This document shows positions 1 to 10,069 of a stretch of DNA of 64,000 nt, one piece after another. The stretch is from positions 12,962-76,961 of the forward strand of contig JAOAQX010000029.1 of the NCBI GenBank assembly GCA_025210805.1, written 5' to 3'. The DNA comes from Flavobacteriales bacterium (GTDB taxonomy: Bacteria > Bacteroidota > Bacteroidia > Flavobacteriales > CAJXXR01). Each line of letters opens with the position of its first letter. Within the stretch, counting starts at the first letter, position 1. A model generated the notes under the pieces. It had not been told where the DNA came from. It saw only the letters and a list, made by a program, of their open reading frames with translations, and searched no databases. The position numbers and the translations under genes were made by a program.

Positions 1-791
1 CTGAAATAGGAATGCCGTTTGGATGCGTGCAAACACTTCCTGCAACGGGTAGCGAAATGAATTCTGGAGCGGTAATAAGTAGAAGCGAGACAAAGGAGAA
101 ACTTGGGATGGGTGGTCCTGGTTTATTTCCGAAGTTTTCTGTTTTGGATCCAGAGGTAATTCATTCAATTCCAAAAAGACAAATTGCAAACGGTATTGTA
201 GATGCCTTTACTCATGTTTTGGAGCAATATATGACTTTTCCGATAGGAGCAGGGCTTCAAGATCGATTTGCAGAAAGTATTCTTTGTAATTTAATAGAAT
301 TAGCTCCTGCAATGTACTCAGGGGATTTTAGCTATCAGCAAGCAGCAGATTATATGTGGAGTTGTACAATGGCTCTCAATGGACTGATTCAAAAAGGTGT
401 GCCAACAGACTGGGCTATTCATGCTATGGGACACGAATTAACTGTTTTATACGGTATCGATCATGCCAGAACCTTGGCAATTATTATGGAGCCTCATTAT
501 CGATATAATTTTGATGCTAAAAAAGAAAAATTAGCTCAATATGCTAGAAGAGTTTGGGGTATTTTGGAAGGAGATTCTCATGATCAAGCTCATTTGGCAA
601 TTGAAAAGACTAAAGGGTTTTTCAAAAGTTTGGATGTTCAATTGAAACTTTCAGATTATAGCGAAGATTATCACCAAGCACCGGAATCTATTGCAAATAC
701 TTTTGAGGAAAGAGGATGGTTAGGGATTGGAGAGCACGGGACGCTTAACCCGAAAGACGTATTTAAAATTGTACAAAATGCCCTTAAGTAA
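1..791 (+). CDS. Iron-containing (group III) alcohol dehydrogenase, C-terminal part; 5' end lies outside the window
   Basis: Frame is open from base 3 (EIG precedes the listed Met). TLPATGSEMN motif and the His cluster IHAMGHELT are typical of YqhD/butanol-dehydrogenase-like Fe-ADHs. Confidence 0.85.
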   Translation, partial: EIGMPFGCVQTLPATGSEMNSGAVISRSETKEKLGMGGPGLFPKFSVLDPEVIHSIPKRQIANGIVDAFTHVLEQYMTFPIGAGLQDRFAESILCNLIELAPAMYSGDFSYQQAADYMWSCTMALNGLIQKGVPTDWAIHAMGHELTVLYGIDHARTLAIIMEPHYRYNFDAKKEKLAQYARRVWGILEGDSHDQAHLAIEKTKGFFKSLDVQLKLSDYSEDYHQAPESIANTFEERGWLGIGEHGTLNPKDVFKIVQNALK

Positions 792-853
792 TTGTTAAGG
801 AAGACACAAATCATCCAAGACTATGTGTAGGATGGTATTTTATTGATTTAGGG

Positions 854-1321
854 CTACTTGTCATTCATTTGCTGAATTGCAATATTTATATCTGTAAGCC
901 TCGATTTATCTTCCGCTTTTGCTATTAAAGATATAAAATGACAATTACCCATTTCATCTTTGATAATTATCTCATCCTTAACAAAATCTTTATCTTTCAT
1001 GAAATTGAAAATGCAACTAAAAAGCTTATGTCTAAATTCATTTGGTTTCAAATAACTGTTCTTTTCAGAAATAGATAAATCATTACTGATATCACAGTAA
1101 TAATACAGCACTGTATTATTTTCTATCATAAAATATCTTATTATCCTAGCAATACCAATTAAATCCTTTAAGCTTAAAACTTTATTGGATGGCTCAACTA
1201 AAACAAGGGATAGACTAATAAGAGGGATGGAGAATTCTTGAAGCTTGAATTTTTCAAAGTTTATTAAAAACTTACTACCAACACTACTAGTAAAAGGTAC
1301 TACAGTATTATCATCAAGCAT
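854..1321 (-). CDS. Hypothetical protein (155 aa), no recognisable domain, no signal peptide or TM segment
   Basis: ATG-initiated ORF in a visibly more AT-rich segment. No motif I can assign. Confidence 0.45.
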   Translation of the reverse strand: MLDDNTVVPFTSSVGSKFLINFEKFKLQEFSIPLISLSLVLVEPSNKVLSLKDLIGIARIIRYFMIENNTVLYYYCDISNDLSISEKNSYLKPNEFRHKLFSCIFNFMKDKDFVKDEIIIKDEMGNCHFISLIAKAEDKSRLTDINIAIQQMNDK

Positions 1322-1869
1322 AAATAAACGCTTTTATTTAGAAAAATAAAGCTCCTTTTTTAAAATAAGCTCCTTTTTTGTTTTCTCTTTATTTTCTTTC
1401 AGAGATTTTATAAAGAATAGAAGCTTTTTTGAGGGTTTATTGATATGTAAAGTCTTGTTGTTCATTATACAAACTTATTATATATATCACAATATAAAAA
1501 ATATTTTTTAAATTTTTGAGAAAACAGCTCTCTAATTTCAATCTTCAATCCTTCGTATATCTCTAACAGATATAAGTAACTAAGATTATTTTTCCTGACT
1601 CAAGTTTTCGTATACTGTGCTGATTTTTATTTATTTTTATGCCTAATTCAAGTTGAGTTAACCTACTCTTCTCCTTATAACTTTCATTTTTAATCCAAGT
1701 TTTGTTTGACTTATTTATTATAATAAGATTATAATAAGATTAAAGAGGTGGAAGAGGACGAAATAAGAAAAATGGAAACAATAATGAGAGGAAATCTAAT
1801 CTTCTAACTCAGGATTTACAACAACGGCGATACCTAAAAAAACATTCACCTAGCGCCACTCCCCCGAAG

Positions 1870-3228
1870 TTACACATTATTCTCATTGAGAACAGGTGGT
1901 TTATTCTTTAGGTCTTTTTGTCTCCAAAGATTCGCATAAAATTTCTCGGCATTAGCCCTGTAAACATCAGAACTATTAAAGATAACGATACCTATGGCAA
2001 TGATATAAAAACCACGATTGAGTATTAATGAGTTCGAAAAAACATCCCCTTTGTAATGAGTAATTGCCATCAAAATAAAATAAGATGGAACGATAAAAGA
2101 GTAAGTATTTTTTGAGTAATTCATGGTTTGAGCTACCATTCTTAAATAAATGATAAAGAACAAAACAATTCCAATAACTCCAAAATAGAGGGTTTGTCTC
2201 ATGTATCCTGCATCAGTAAACTTGTAGAAAAACCCCGATTTATCGTAATACAAACCATCTCCAAAAATCATGGTTTTATCGGCTATGTCAAAGTAGTGAT
2301 CTTTTACAAGCTGATCTGAAGATGCTGTTGAAAATTCTCCAGTATCTAAGTAGCTGTAAATAAATTCAAATGCCCAAGGAAGTACCTTGTCATTTATGGA
2401 GCTAAAAACGGCGGGAGCAAATGCGCTTAATGCAAAATAGGCGGCAAATAATCCCACTATCGAAATTGCCAATCTTTGAATCGTATAGATAAATAACTTT
2501 CTTGACATGGTTTTGTATGTGATTAACATTAAACCAAATGCAATTCCGATACTTCCCGTTCTTCCTGATACGAATACGGAAAAAGCGATAATTGCCAATT
2601 TTAAAACGTCAGACAGTTTTGTGTTCTTTTCCAATACTTTATAGGCAAATATGAAAATAGACATTGCTTGAAATAGGGCAAAATCGTAGTTTTTTACAAG
2701 AGAAAAACCAAGACCTCGATACCAGTCAAAAGTACCTGTCATTTTTGCTTTTGCTCCAATTAAAGGTAATAACGTACTGCGAATATCATAGGAAATAAAA
2801 TTCATAAACACAAGAACTCCTTGAATGGTCATGGCTGAGTAAATCAAATTCAGAAGATGGTCTAGTGTATATCCTCTTTTTTGTAAAATCCTGGATAATA
2901 ATGCGCTAATAACAATAATTTCAAATAAATGCGTCATGATCTGTTCCAGAGGTCCAGTTTGTCTGAAAATACCAATGGTATCATGCATCTCAAGAACAAT
3001 AATGGTGTAAATGATCAGTATGACATATAAGCCCATTTGTCCTATCAGTAATCTTGGAATAGAGAAAACATTTAAATAGAGTGCTTCCAGAACTACAAGT
3101 ATCAATACAAATTTGGCAACATTATAGGGTAAACCTGTAAATGGCGGAGCATAGATATATAGAAAAATAAGTAAAAGATAATAAACTGTTTGAAGAGTTC
3201 TTTTCTTAACTTTTAACTGAATACGCAT
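1870..3228 (-). CDS. Polytopic membrane protein, O-antigen ligase/polymerase (Wzy_C)-like
   Basis: 452 aa with about 10-12 hydrophobic segments and a larger loop in the C-terminal half, as in Wzy/WaaL-type proteins. No catalytic motif verified. Confidence 0.5.
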   Translation of the reverse strand: MRIQLKVKKRTLQTVYYLLLIFLYIYAPPFTGLPYNVAKFVLILVVLEALYLNVFSIPRLLIGQMGLYVILIIYTIIVLEMHDTIGIFRQTGPLEQIMTHLFEIIVISALLSRILQKRGYTLDHLLNLIYSAMTIQGVLVFMNFISYDIRSTLLPLIGAKAKMTGTFDWYRGLGFSLVKNYDFALFQAMSIFIFAYKVLEKNTKLSDVLKLAIIAFSVFVSGRTGSIGIAFGLMLITYKTMSRKLFIYTIQRLAISIVGLFAAYFALSAFAPAVFSSINDKVLPWAFEFIYSYLDTGEFSTASSDQLVKDHYFDIADKTMIFGDGLYYDKSGFFYKFTDAGYMRQTLYFGVIGIVLFFIIYLRMVAQTMNYSKNTYSFIVPSYFILMAITHYKGDVFSNSLILNRGFYIIAIGIVIFNSSDVYRANAEKFYANLWRQKDLKNKPPVLNENNV

Positions 3229-3296
3229 TGAGTATTGTTTATATTAGTAGCAAAAATAAGTTTTTCTGAGCATCAAAACACTTAATTTCGCTAAAT

Positions 3297-3995
3297 ATGA
3301 CTTTTAAATGCAAAAAATTTTCGGTTCAAGATGAGAATTCAGGCCTCAAAGTAGGAACAGATGGAATGCTTCTAGGTGCTTGGGCAGATGTGCATAATTT
3401 TAACAATGTGCTTGATGTAGGAACTGGTTCTGGACTTATTTCATTGATGTTGGCTCAGCGATTTGATAAGCCTATGATTGATGCAATTGACATTTTTGAA
3501 GGTGCTGTTATTGATGCCCAATATAATTTTGAACAATCAGAATGGAAATCGAGATTGAATGTTTTACAAAAGAATTTTACCAATTATCATTTAGGAAAAT
3601 ACGATTGTATCGTATCCAATCCTCCTTTCTTTAATAAATCTACAAAGTCTATTACGGAATCTAAAATGATTGCAAAGCATACTGAAATGCTTTCCGCAGA
3701 GATTATTATTGAATATGCTTCTTCGTTTGAAAATATAAAATCGATTCAGTTTGTTTTACCATTTAGTACAGAGGAAGAAATTATCAATTTTGCGAAATCA
3801 TTTGGATGGGATTTAGCAAGAATCTGTCAAATAAAACCTTTCAAGAGCGAAAAAGCGAATCGTTTATTGATTGATTTTCGACGTTTAAAACAACCAAGTG
3901 AAAAAAAACAATTCGCCATTCGTGAAGATAAATTATCCAAAGAATACACAGAGGAGTATATCGACTTATTGAAAGACTTTTTGATTATTTTTTAA
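3297..3995 (+). CDS. tRNA1(Val) (adenine37-N6)-methyltransferase (YfiC/TrmN6 family)
   Basis: N-terminal FSVQDENSGLKVGTDGMLLGAW, SAM-binding VLDVGTGSGLISLMLAQR, and the catalytic NPPF motif (VSNPPFF). Confidence 0.75.
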   Translation: MTFKCKKFSVQDENSGLKVGTDGMLLGAWADVHNFNNVLDVGTGSGLISLMLAQRFDKPMIDAIDIFEGAVIDAQYNFEQSEWKSRLNVLQKNFTNYHLGKYDCIVSNPPFFNKSTKSITESKMIAKHTEMLSAEIIIEYASSFENIKSIQFVLPFSTEEEIINFAKSFGWDLARICQIKPFKSEKANRLLIDFRRLKQPSEKKQFAIREDKLSKEYTEEYIDLLKDFLIIF

Positions 3996-6741
3996 CTTCA
4001 TCCAAATACTTAGCGGTTAAGGTTTCTGATTGTATAAAGTCTTCGTTTTTCCCCATAAAGACGATCTCTCCACCTTTGTTTCCTCCCATAGGGCCTAAAT
4101 CGATATTCCAGTCTGCTAACTTAATTATATCTGGATGATGTTCGATGACCAATATACTATGTCCTTTTTCAATTAATGCATCAAATGCTTTGATAAGGTT
4201 TTGGATATCTTTAAAATGTAAACCTGTACTCGGTTCATCAAAAATGAAGAGATGATTGTTTCTTTTTTGTGTTAAATTTAAAAAAGAAGCCAACTTTACT
4301 CTTTGGGCTTCACCACCAGAAAGGGTAGACGAAGATTGACCCAGTTTGATATAGGAAAGACCTACATCTAACAAAGGTTTGATCTTTTTTGAGATTTTAG
4401 TTTCCCCGTGTTTGTCAAAGAAATCGAATGCTTCTTCTACAGTTGCATTCAAAATGTCGAAAATATTTTTACCCTGAAATTTGATATCCAATATTTCTTC
4501 CTGGTATCTATTCCCTTTACAAACTTCACATTCCATTTTGGCATCAGCCAAAAATTGCATTTCTATAGTTATTTGCCCTTCTCCTTGGCAAGTCTCACAT
4601 CTTCCTCCTGCCGTGTTAAAAGAAAAATGTTTAGGTTTGTATCCCCTTGTTTTAGCGAGTTTTTGTTTTGCCAACAAGTTTCTGATATCATCAAAAATTT
4701 TGAGATAAGTTAAGGCATTAGACCTAGAAGATTTTCCAATGGGATTTTGATCAATAAATTCGACTCCATGCAGTAAGTCTTTATTTAGGGTTATTTGTGA
4801 AAATGTTTTTGGTTTATTTTGATAAATTTCAAATTCATTTTGAATAGCAGGATAAAGAATTTGCTGAATCAAGGTGCTTTTTCCAGACCCACTCATTCCT
4901 GAAACAACTGTGAAAGCTCCAAGTGGAATCTTAATATCTACATTTTTTAAATTATTGGCGTAAGCTCCTTTTAATTCAATGAAGTTTTGAAAGGGTGGAG
5001 GAGTAGTGTTTCTTTCTATTAAGATACTTTTATTGAGAAACTGTGCTGTATAACTTTCTTGTGTCTTAAGAATTTCTTGATAGGTTCCTGCAAAAACGAT
5101 ATTTCCACCACCAACTCCAGCTTCTTTCCCGATATCGATAATGTAATCTGCTTCTTGCATAATTTCTTCATCATGCTCAACAACCACAACGGTGTTACCT
5201 AGGTCTCTAAGTTCCTTGAGTACGTTTATTAGATTTTTAGTATCGTGAGAATGAAGTCCAATACTGGGTTCATCCAGTAAATAGGTTGAGTTTACGAGTG
5301 AAGAACTAAGGGAATTTGCTAAACGTATTCTTTGACTTTCACCACCACTAAGTGTATTACTAGCTCTTTGAAGATTGAGATAGGGAAGTCCTACTTTTAG
5401 TAAGGTTTCTAGGCGATTATTTACTTCCAATAGAATCCTGCTTCCTATTTCAATTTCGTTTTCTTCTAGTTTTATTTTGTTAAAAAATTCATAGAGCTGA
5501 TCCAAAGGAGTTGTTAGCAACTCGGCAATGTCTTTTCCATGAAATTTCACATAGAGTGCTTCGGGTTTTAGTTTTTTACCTTTACAATGTTCACAGGCTG
5601 TTTTTCCTCTAAAACGAGCGATTAAAATTCTATTCTGAATTTTGTATGCTTTCGCTTCCAGTTTATCAAAGTACCCTTGTATTCCTGAGTATCGTTTTGA
5701 GCTACCTGCCCATATTTTGGATTGTTCTTGTGTTGAGAGTTCTATATAGGGTTTGTGAATGGAAATTTGCTCGGATCTACAAAATTCATAAAGTGCAGTT
5801 TTCCAGTCTTCAGCACCTTTAAAATCTGAGAAAGCAATAGCACCTTCATAAATAGATATATTTGGGTTAGGAATAATTAAGTCTTTATCCAGCCCGATTG
5901 TTTTTCCATAGCCTTGGCATTTTGGACAGGAGCCTATAGGGCTATTGGAACTAAATAAATCATTAGTAGGTTCTATAAAAGTCATCCCATCCAATTCGAA
6001 CCTATTATTGAAATTCTTTTTCTCTTTAGAAACTAAATCAATTAAGAATAACTCTCCTTCTCCTTCAAAAAAAGCCAATTCTATAGATTCCGATAGTCGA
6101 TTTAGTGCATCATCATTTTCTTTATTGAGCTTAAATCGGTCAATTACGAGTATGGAATCTATCTCATACTTCCAATCATCCAAAGAGACTAATTCATCTT
6201 TTTCATAAATTCTTGAATATCCTTGATTGGTTAAGATATTTTGGTATTTTTCCGTTTGTTTTTTAATGGGAATGGGAGCTCCAAGTATCCATTTTGATCC
6301 GTTTTCTTGTTTTAAAAGAAAATTTATGACATCAATTGCATGGTGTTTTTTTACTTCTTTTCCGCTGATGGGGGAAATGGTTTTTCCTAATCGAGCATAG
6401 AGCAAACGTAAATAGTCATAAATTTCTGTTGAAGAACCAACAGTTGATCTCGAATTTGTGGAGATTACTTTCTGTTCAATGGCAATACTAGGAGTGAGTC
6501 CTTTTATTTCCTTTACATCGGGCTTATCTATCTTACCCATAAATTGACGTGCGTAAGAAGAAAGACTTTCTACGTATCTTCTTTGCCCTTCTGCATACAG
6601 TGTGTCAAATGCTAAACTCGATTTTCCAGAACCAGAAAGTCCGGTAATAACTGTAAGTTTATTTTTTGGAATTTTTATATCGATGTTTTTAAGATTGTGC
6701 TGATTTGCACCGTAAATTTCTATATGCGTATGTTTTGCCAT
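3985..6741 (-). CDS. uvrA: Excinuclease ABC subunit A
   Basis: 918 aa. Two ABC ATPase modules (GLSGSGKSSLAFDTLYAEGQRRY and GMSGSGKSTL), LSGGE signatures and CxxC zinc modules. 3' end overlaps the convergent methyltransferase gene by 11 nt. Confidence 0.95.
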   Translation of the reverse strand: MAKHTHIEIYGANQHNLKNIDIKIPKNKLTVITGLSGSGKSSLAFDTLYAEGQRRYVESLSSYARQFMGKIDKPDVKEIKGLTPSIAIEQKVISTNSRSTVGSSTEIYDYLRLLYARLGKTISPISGKEVKKHHAIDVINFLLKQENGSKWILGAPIPIKKQTEKYQNILTNQGYSRIYEKDELVSLDDWKYEIDSILVIDRFKLNKENDDALNRLSESIELAFFEGEGELFLIDLVSKEKKNFNNRFELDGMTFIEPTNDLFSSNSPIGSCPKCQGYGKTIGLDKDLIIPNPNISIYEGAIAFSDFKGAEDWKTALYEFCRSEQISIHKPYIELSTQEQSKIWAGSSKRYSGIQGYFDKLEAKAYKIQNRILIARFRGKTACEHCKGKKLKPEALYVKFHGKDIAELLTTPLDQLYEFFNKIKLEENEIEIGSRILLEVNNRLETLLKVGLPYLNLQRASNTLSGGESQRIRLANSLSSSLVNSTYLLDEPSIGLHSHDTKNLINVLKELRDLGNTVVVVEHDEEIMQEADYIIDIGKEAGVGGGNIVFAGTYQEILKTQESYTAQFLNKSILIERNTTPPPFQNFIELKGAYANNLKNVDIKIPLGAFTVVSGMSGSGKSTLIQQILYPAIQNEFEIYQNKPKTFSQITLNKDLLHGVEFIDQNPIGKSSRSNALTYLKIFDDIRNLLAKQKLAKTRGYKPKHFSFNTAGGRCETCQGEGQITIEMQFLADAKMECEVCKGNRYQEEILDIKFQGKNIFDILNATVEEAFDFFDKHGETKISKKIKPLLDVGLSYIKLGQSSSTLSGGEAQRVKLASFLNLTQKRNNHLFIFDEPSTGLHFKDIQNLIKAFDALIEKGHSILVIEHHPDIIKLADWNIDLGPMGGNKGGEIVFMGKNEDFIQSETLTAKYLDEVKK

Positions 6742-6751
6742 CTAATTTTTT

Positions 6752-6790
6752 ATCAAAAAACCCCATTGTCTTATTTGAAGAATGGGGTTT
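6752..6790 (-). terminator. Rho-independent terminator downstream of the E1 dehydrogenase gene
   Basis: aaaccccatt (6758-6767) pairs with aatggggttt (6781-6790). On the minus strand the hairpin is followed by a U-run. Confidence 0.7.
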
Positions 6791-6814
6791 CTGTTATTAA
6801 GATATAATCCTCAA

Positions 6815-9220
6815 TTAATAGATTGAAGGGAATTGATTTGGTTTTACTTCACTCATCATATCGTAAATGGCATCAAAAACATCATCTACGTTTGGTTTAG
6901 AAAAATAATCTCCGTCTGTCCCATAAGCAGGTCTATGCTCTTTGGATGCTAATGTTTTAGGTTCACTATCCAGATGGAAATAGGCATTTTGTTCTTCAAG
7001 TACTTTTTGCATCATATAAGCAGTAGCTCCACCAGGAACATCTTCATCAATAAAGATTACACGGTTTGTTTTCTTGATAGATTCAACGATATCATGGTCA
7101 ATATCAAAAGGTAAAAGAGATTGTACATCAATTACTTCACAAGATATTCCTGATTTTTCCAATTCTTTCACGGCTTCCATAATAACTCTTAGTGTAGATC
7201 CATAAGAAACTATTGTAATGTCTTCCCCATGATGAATGGTTTCCACTTTACCTATCTGTGTTGTAAAAGATCCCAAGTTTTCTGGCATTTGTTCTTTTAA
7301 ACGGTATCCATTTAAGCATTCTACAATAAGTGCTGGATCGTCCATTTGTAGTAAGGTATTGTAAAACCCTGCAGCTTTAGTCATATTTCTTGGTACCAAA
7401 ATATGCATTCCTCTCAACGCATGAATAATCATTCCCATTGGAGAACCAGAGTGCCAAACTCCCTCAAGACGATGACCACGTGTTCGAACGATAAGTGGTG
7501 CTTTTTGTCCATTCATCGTACGATATCTCACAGTTGCTAAATCATCAGACATGATTTGTAAGGCGTAAAGAAGATAATCTAGATATTGAATTTCTGCAAT
7601 GGGTCTAAGTCCTCTCATGGCTAAACCTATTCCTTGTCCTAGGATGGTTGCTTCACGTATTCCTGTATCAGACACACGGTTTTCACCATGTTTTTCTTGA
7701 AGTCCTTCAAGACCTTGGTTTACATCGCCAATATAACCTGAATCTTCTCCAAAAATCATCACACGAGGATCCTTAGCTAATAAGGTGTCAAAGTTGTCTC
7801 TTAGAATTACACGAGCATCTACTTTTTTAGATTCTTCTGAGTATTCTGGAGCAATTTCAGGTACGGTATCAAAACTATTTTCACCCTCTGAAACTAGGTG
7901 AGATGAATAGCGATAAAAATTATTTTCAGATTCTAAGGCTAACCATTGTTTTAAAGCTCTAACAGCTTCGTTGTCTTCACCACGTACAGTTCTAAGTGTA
8001 GATTTTACGGCACTAAAGATGGCTTTTCGGATAGGTTCCGTATCTTTTTCCAAAGTATTAGCAGTAGGTTCAATAAATACTTTGTTTGGCGAAGCTTCTG
8101 CTACTTTTTTAATTAGTGCTACAGCTTCATTTCTTTCTTCTTTTAGTTCATTTAAGAAGTTTGTCCAAGCCTCTCTTTTAGCTTCTTTTACTTCTTGTTG
8201 TGCTTCTTTTTCAAGAGCATCAAGTGTTTCGGCATCACCAAAATTGTGCTCTAGAATAAAAGAACGCATTTTTGCAACACAATCAAATTCTGTTTCCCAT
8301 TCTAAGCGTTCTTTAGATTTGTAACGTTCATGAGATCCCGAAGTTGAATGACCTTGTGGTTGGGTTACTTCATTTACATGAATAAGCACAGGTACATGTT
8401 CTTCTCTAGCAATTTGTTCAGCTTTTTCAAAAGCTTCAACGAGTTCTAGGTAATTCCACCCACGTGCTGTAATTATTTCATAACCTTTATCGTTTTCATC
8501 TCTTTGAAAACCAGCTAATATTTTAGAAATTGATTCTTTTGTAGTTTGATGTTTGGCGTGTACAGAAATACCATATTCATCATCCCAAACAGACATAATC
8601 ATGGGTACCTGTAAAACACCTGCCGCATTAATTGTTTCAAAGAATAATCCTTCTGAAGTAGAGGCGTTTCCAATTGTTCCGAAAGCAATTTCATTCCCTC
8701 CGTTGGTAAACATTCCTTCTTGATCAGCATCTGGAGTAGCTCGGTAGTATTTTGAAGCTTGAGCAAGACCTAATAATCTAGGCATTTGCCCTGCTGTTGG
8801 ACTAATATCTGAAGAAGAGTTTTTTTGACTCATCAGACTTTTAAAGCTTCCATCTTCGTTTAATGAACGTGTTCCATAGTGTCCGTTCATCATTCTTCCT
8901 CCTGATGCAGGCTCTTTTTCTACGTCTGTATGCGCATATAGTTGGGCAAAAAACTCTTGAACGGTTAATTGTCCAATAGCCATCATAAAAGTTTGATCAC
9001 GATAATAACCAGATCGAAAATCACCGTTTTTAAAGACTTTTGCCATGGCAAGTTGTGCCAATTCTTTTCCATCTCCAAAAATTCCGAACTTAGCTTTTCC
9101 TGTAAGAACTTCTTTTCGACCGAGTAAAGAGGTTTCTCTACTTTTGACAATTAATTTATAGTCATCAAGTATCGTTTTGGTAATCTTTTCTCTAGCCATT
9201 TCTGCTTGATCTATATTCAT
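6815..9220 (-). CDS. Fused alpha/beta E1 component of a 2-oxoacid (branched-chain alpha-keto acid-type) dehydrogenase, TPP-dependent
   Basis: 801 aa. The N-terminal half resembles E1-alpha (TPP-binding region GNASTSEG). The C-terminal half resembles E1-beta/transketolase-like (DTGIREATILGQGIGLA). This single-polypeptide fusion is common in Bacteroidota. Confidence 0.75.
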   Translation of the reverse strand: MNIDQAEMAREKITKTILDDYKLIVKSRETSLLGRKEVLTGKAKFGIFGDGKELAQLAMAKVFKNGDFRSGYYRDQTFMMAIGQLTVQEFFAQLYAHTDVEKEPASGGRMMNGHYGTRSLNEDGSFKSLMSQKNSSSDISPTAGQMPRLLGLAQASKYYRATPDADQEGMFTNGGNEIAFGTIGNASTSEGLFFETINAAGVLQVPMIMSVWDDEYGISVHAKHQTTKESISKILAGFQRDENDKGYEIITARGWNYLELVEAFEKAEQIAREEHVPVLIHVNEVTQPQGHSTSGSHERYKSKERLEWETEFDCVAKMRSFILEHNFGDAETLDALEKEAQQEVKEAKREAWTNFLNELKEERNEAVALIKKVAEASPNKVFIEPTANTLEKDTEPIRKAIFSAVKSTLRTVRGEDNEAVRALKQWLALESENNFYRYSSHLVSEGENSFDTVPEIAPEYSEESKKVDARVILRDNFDTLLAKDPRVMIFGEDSGYIGDVNQGLEGLQEKHGENRVSDTGIREATILGQGIGLAMRGLRPIAEIQYLDYLLYALQIMSDDLATVRYRTMNGQKAPLIVRTRGHRLEGVWHSGSPMGMIIHALRGMHILVPRNMTKAAGFYNTLLQMDDPALIVECLNGYRLKEQMPENLGSFTTQIGKVETIHHGEDITIVSYGSTLRVIMEAVKELEKSGISCEVIDVQSLLPFDIDHDIVESIKKTNRVIFIDEDVPGGATAYMMQKVLEEQNAYFHLDSEPKTLASKEHRPAYGTDGDYFSKPNVDDVFDAIYDMMSEVKPNQFPSIY

Positions 9221-9375
9221 CTGAATTCCTTATTTTGATAAGCAAAAATATAAAAAAAATGGATAAAAATTGGTAATATTTATTTCCAAAAATGTCGTGA
9301 GGAAAGGAATTTATTCTATCGTTCTATTTTAAGGAGGAGATTCATTAAACAATTTTGAAAAGATAACTTGAAATT

Positions 9376-10044
9376 TTATCTTAAAACAGTGTCTTCTATA
9401 AAAATTCCATCTTTCATATAAAGCTGTCTGTCTGAAATTTTTGAGAGTTGTTCATTATGGGTTACAACGACAAATGACTGTTTGTTTTCTTCTTTGAATT
9501 CCATAAATAATTCATGTAAATCTTGAGCATTCTGTGAATCTAAATTTCCTGAAGGCTCATCTGCCAAAATTATTTGAGGTTGATTAACCAAAGCTCTGGC
9601 AACAGCAATTCTTTGTTGTTCTCCACCACTTAGTTCACTTGGTTTTTTATGCCTTTTAGATTCTAACTTCAGTCGTTTAAGTAAGTCTATTGCCTTTTGT
9701 GTTGAAACTGTTCTGGTATCTCCTTTTATCCAGGCTGGCATGGCAATATTTTCTAAAGCAGAAAACTCGGGTAAAAGGTTGTGAAACTGAAAAATGAAAC
9801 CAATATTTTGGTTCCGAAATTTGGCTAAATCATTCTTTTTGAGATTTTTAATATTCATTTTGTTAAACCATATTTCTCCAGCATCAAATTTATCAAGAGT
9901 GCCAAGGACTTGTAGTAAAGTTGTTTTACCAGCTCCAGAAGCTCCCATAATGCTTAAAACTTCCCCTTGATTAATGGTGAGATTCACGCCCCGTAAAACC
10001 GAGGTGTTCTGGTATGATTTGTAAATATCTTTTAATGTAATCAT
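9376..10044 (-). CDS. ABC transporter ATP-binding protein (LolD/MacB-type family)
   Basis: Walker A GASGAGKTTLL, signature LSGGEQQRIAVARAL, Walker B ILADEPSGNLD. Confidence 0.8.
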   Translation of the reverse strand: MITLKDIYKSYQNTSVLRGVNLTINQGEVLSIMGASGAGKTTLLQVLGTLDKFDAGEIWFNKMNIKNLKKNDLAKFRNQNIGFIFQFHNLLPEFSALENIAMPAWIKGDTRTVSTQKAIDLLKRLKLESKRHKKPSELSGGEQQRIAVARALVNQPQIILADEPSGNLDSQNAQDLHELFMEFKEENKQSFVVVTHNEQLSKISDRQLYMKDGIFIEDTVLR

Positions 10045-10069
10045 AGTGATTTTTTCCGTTTCGAATTTA

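Noticed and set aside
1334-1465. 43-aa Lys-rich mini-ORF (MNNKTLHINKPSKK...) just upstream of the 155-aa orphan gene
   Set aside because: Its composition is what AT-rich, A-run DNA yields by chance, and no RBS or promoter evidence was seen. I keep it only as a note within the island finding.
1600-1701. Three (T/C)CAAGTT motifs spaced 47-48 nt apart, considered as a possible mini CRISPR-like or iteron array
   Set aside because: The units share only about 12-15 nt and the spacers are not unique-looking. This is too degenerate to call an array; it is mentioned only inside the island finding.
3985-3995. 11-nt 3'-end overlap of convergent genes (tRNA methyltransferase and uvrA)
   Set aside because: Real in the sequence, but small convergent overlaps are common in compact genomes. 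There is no evidence of regulatory significance.
4408-6208. Plus-strand ORFs 4408-4713, 4481-4708 and 5945-6208 inside uvrA
   Set aside because: They lie entirely antisense to a strongly supported, conserved gene. Their composition is low-complexity and Ser/Phe/Leu-rich, as expected for shadow frames in AT-rich coding DNA.
7971-8324. 117-aa plus-strand ORF inside the E1 dehydrogenase gene
   Set aside because: Antisense shadow ORF, Ser/Ala/Phe-rich, with no motifs.
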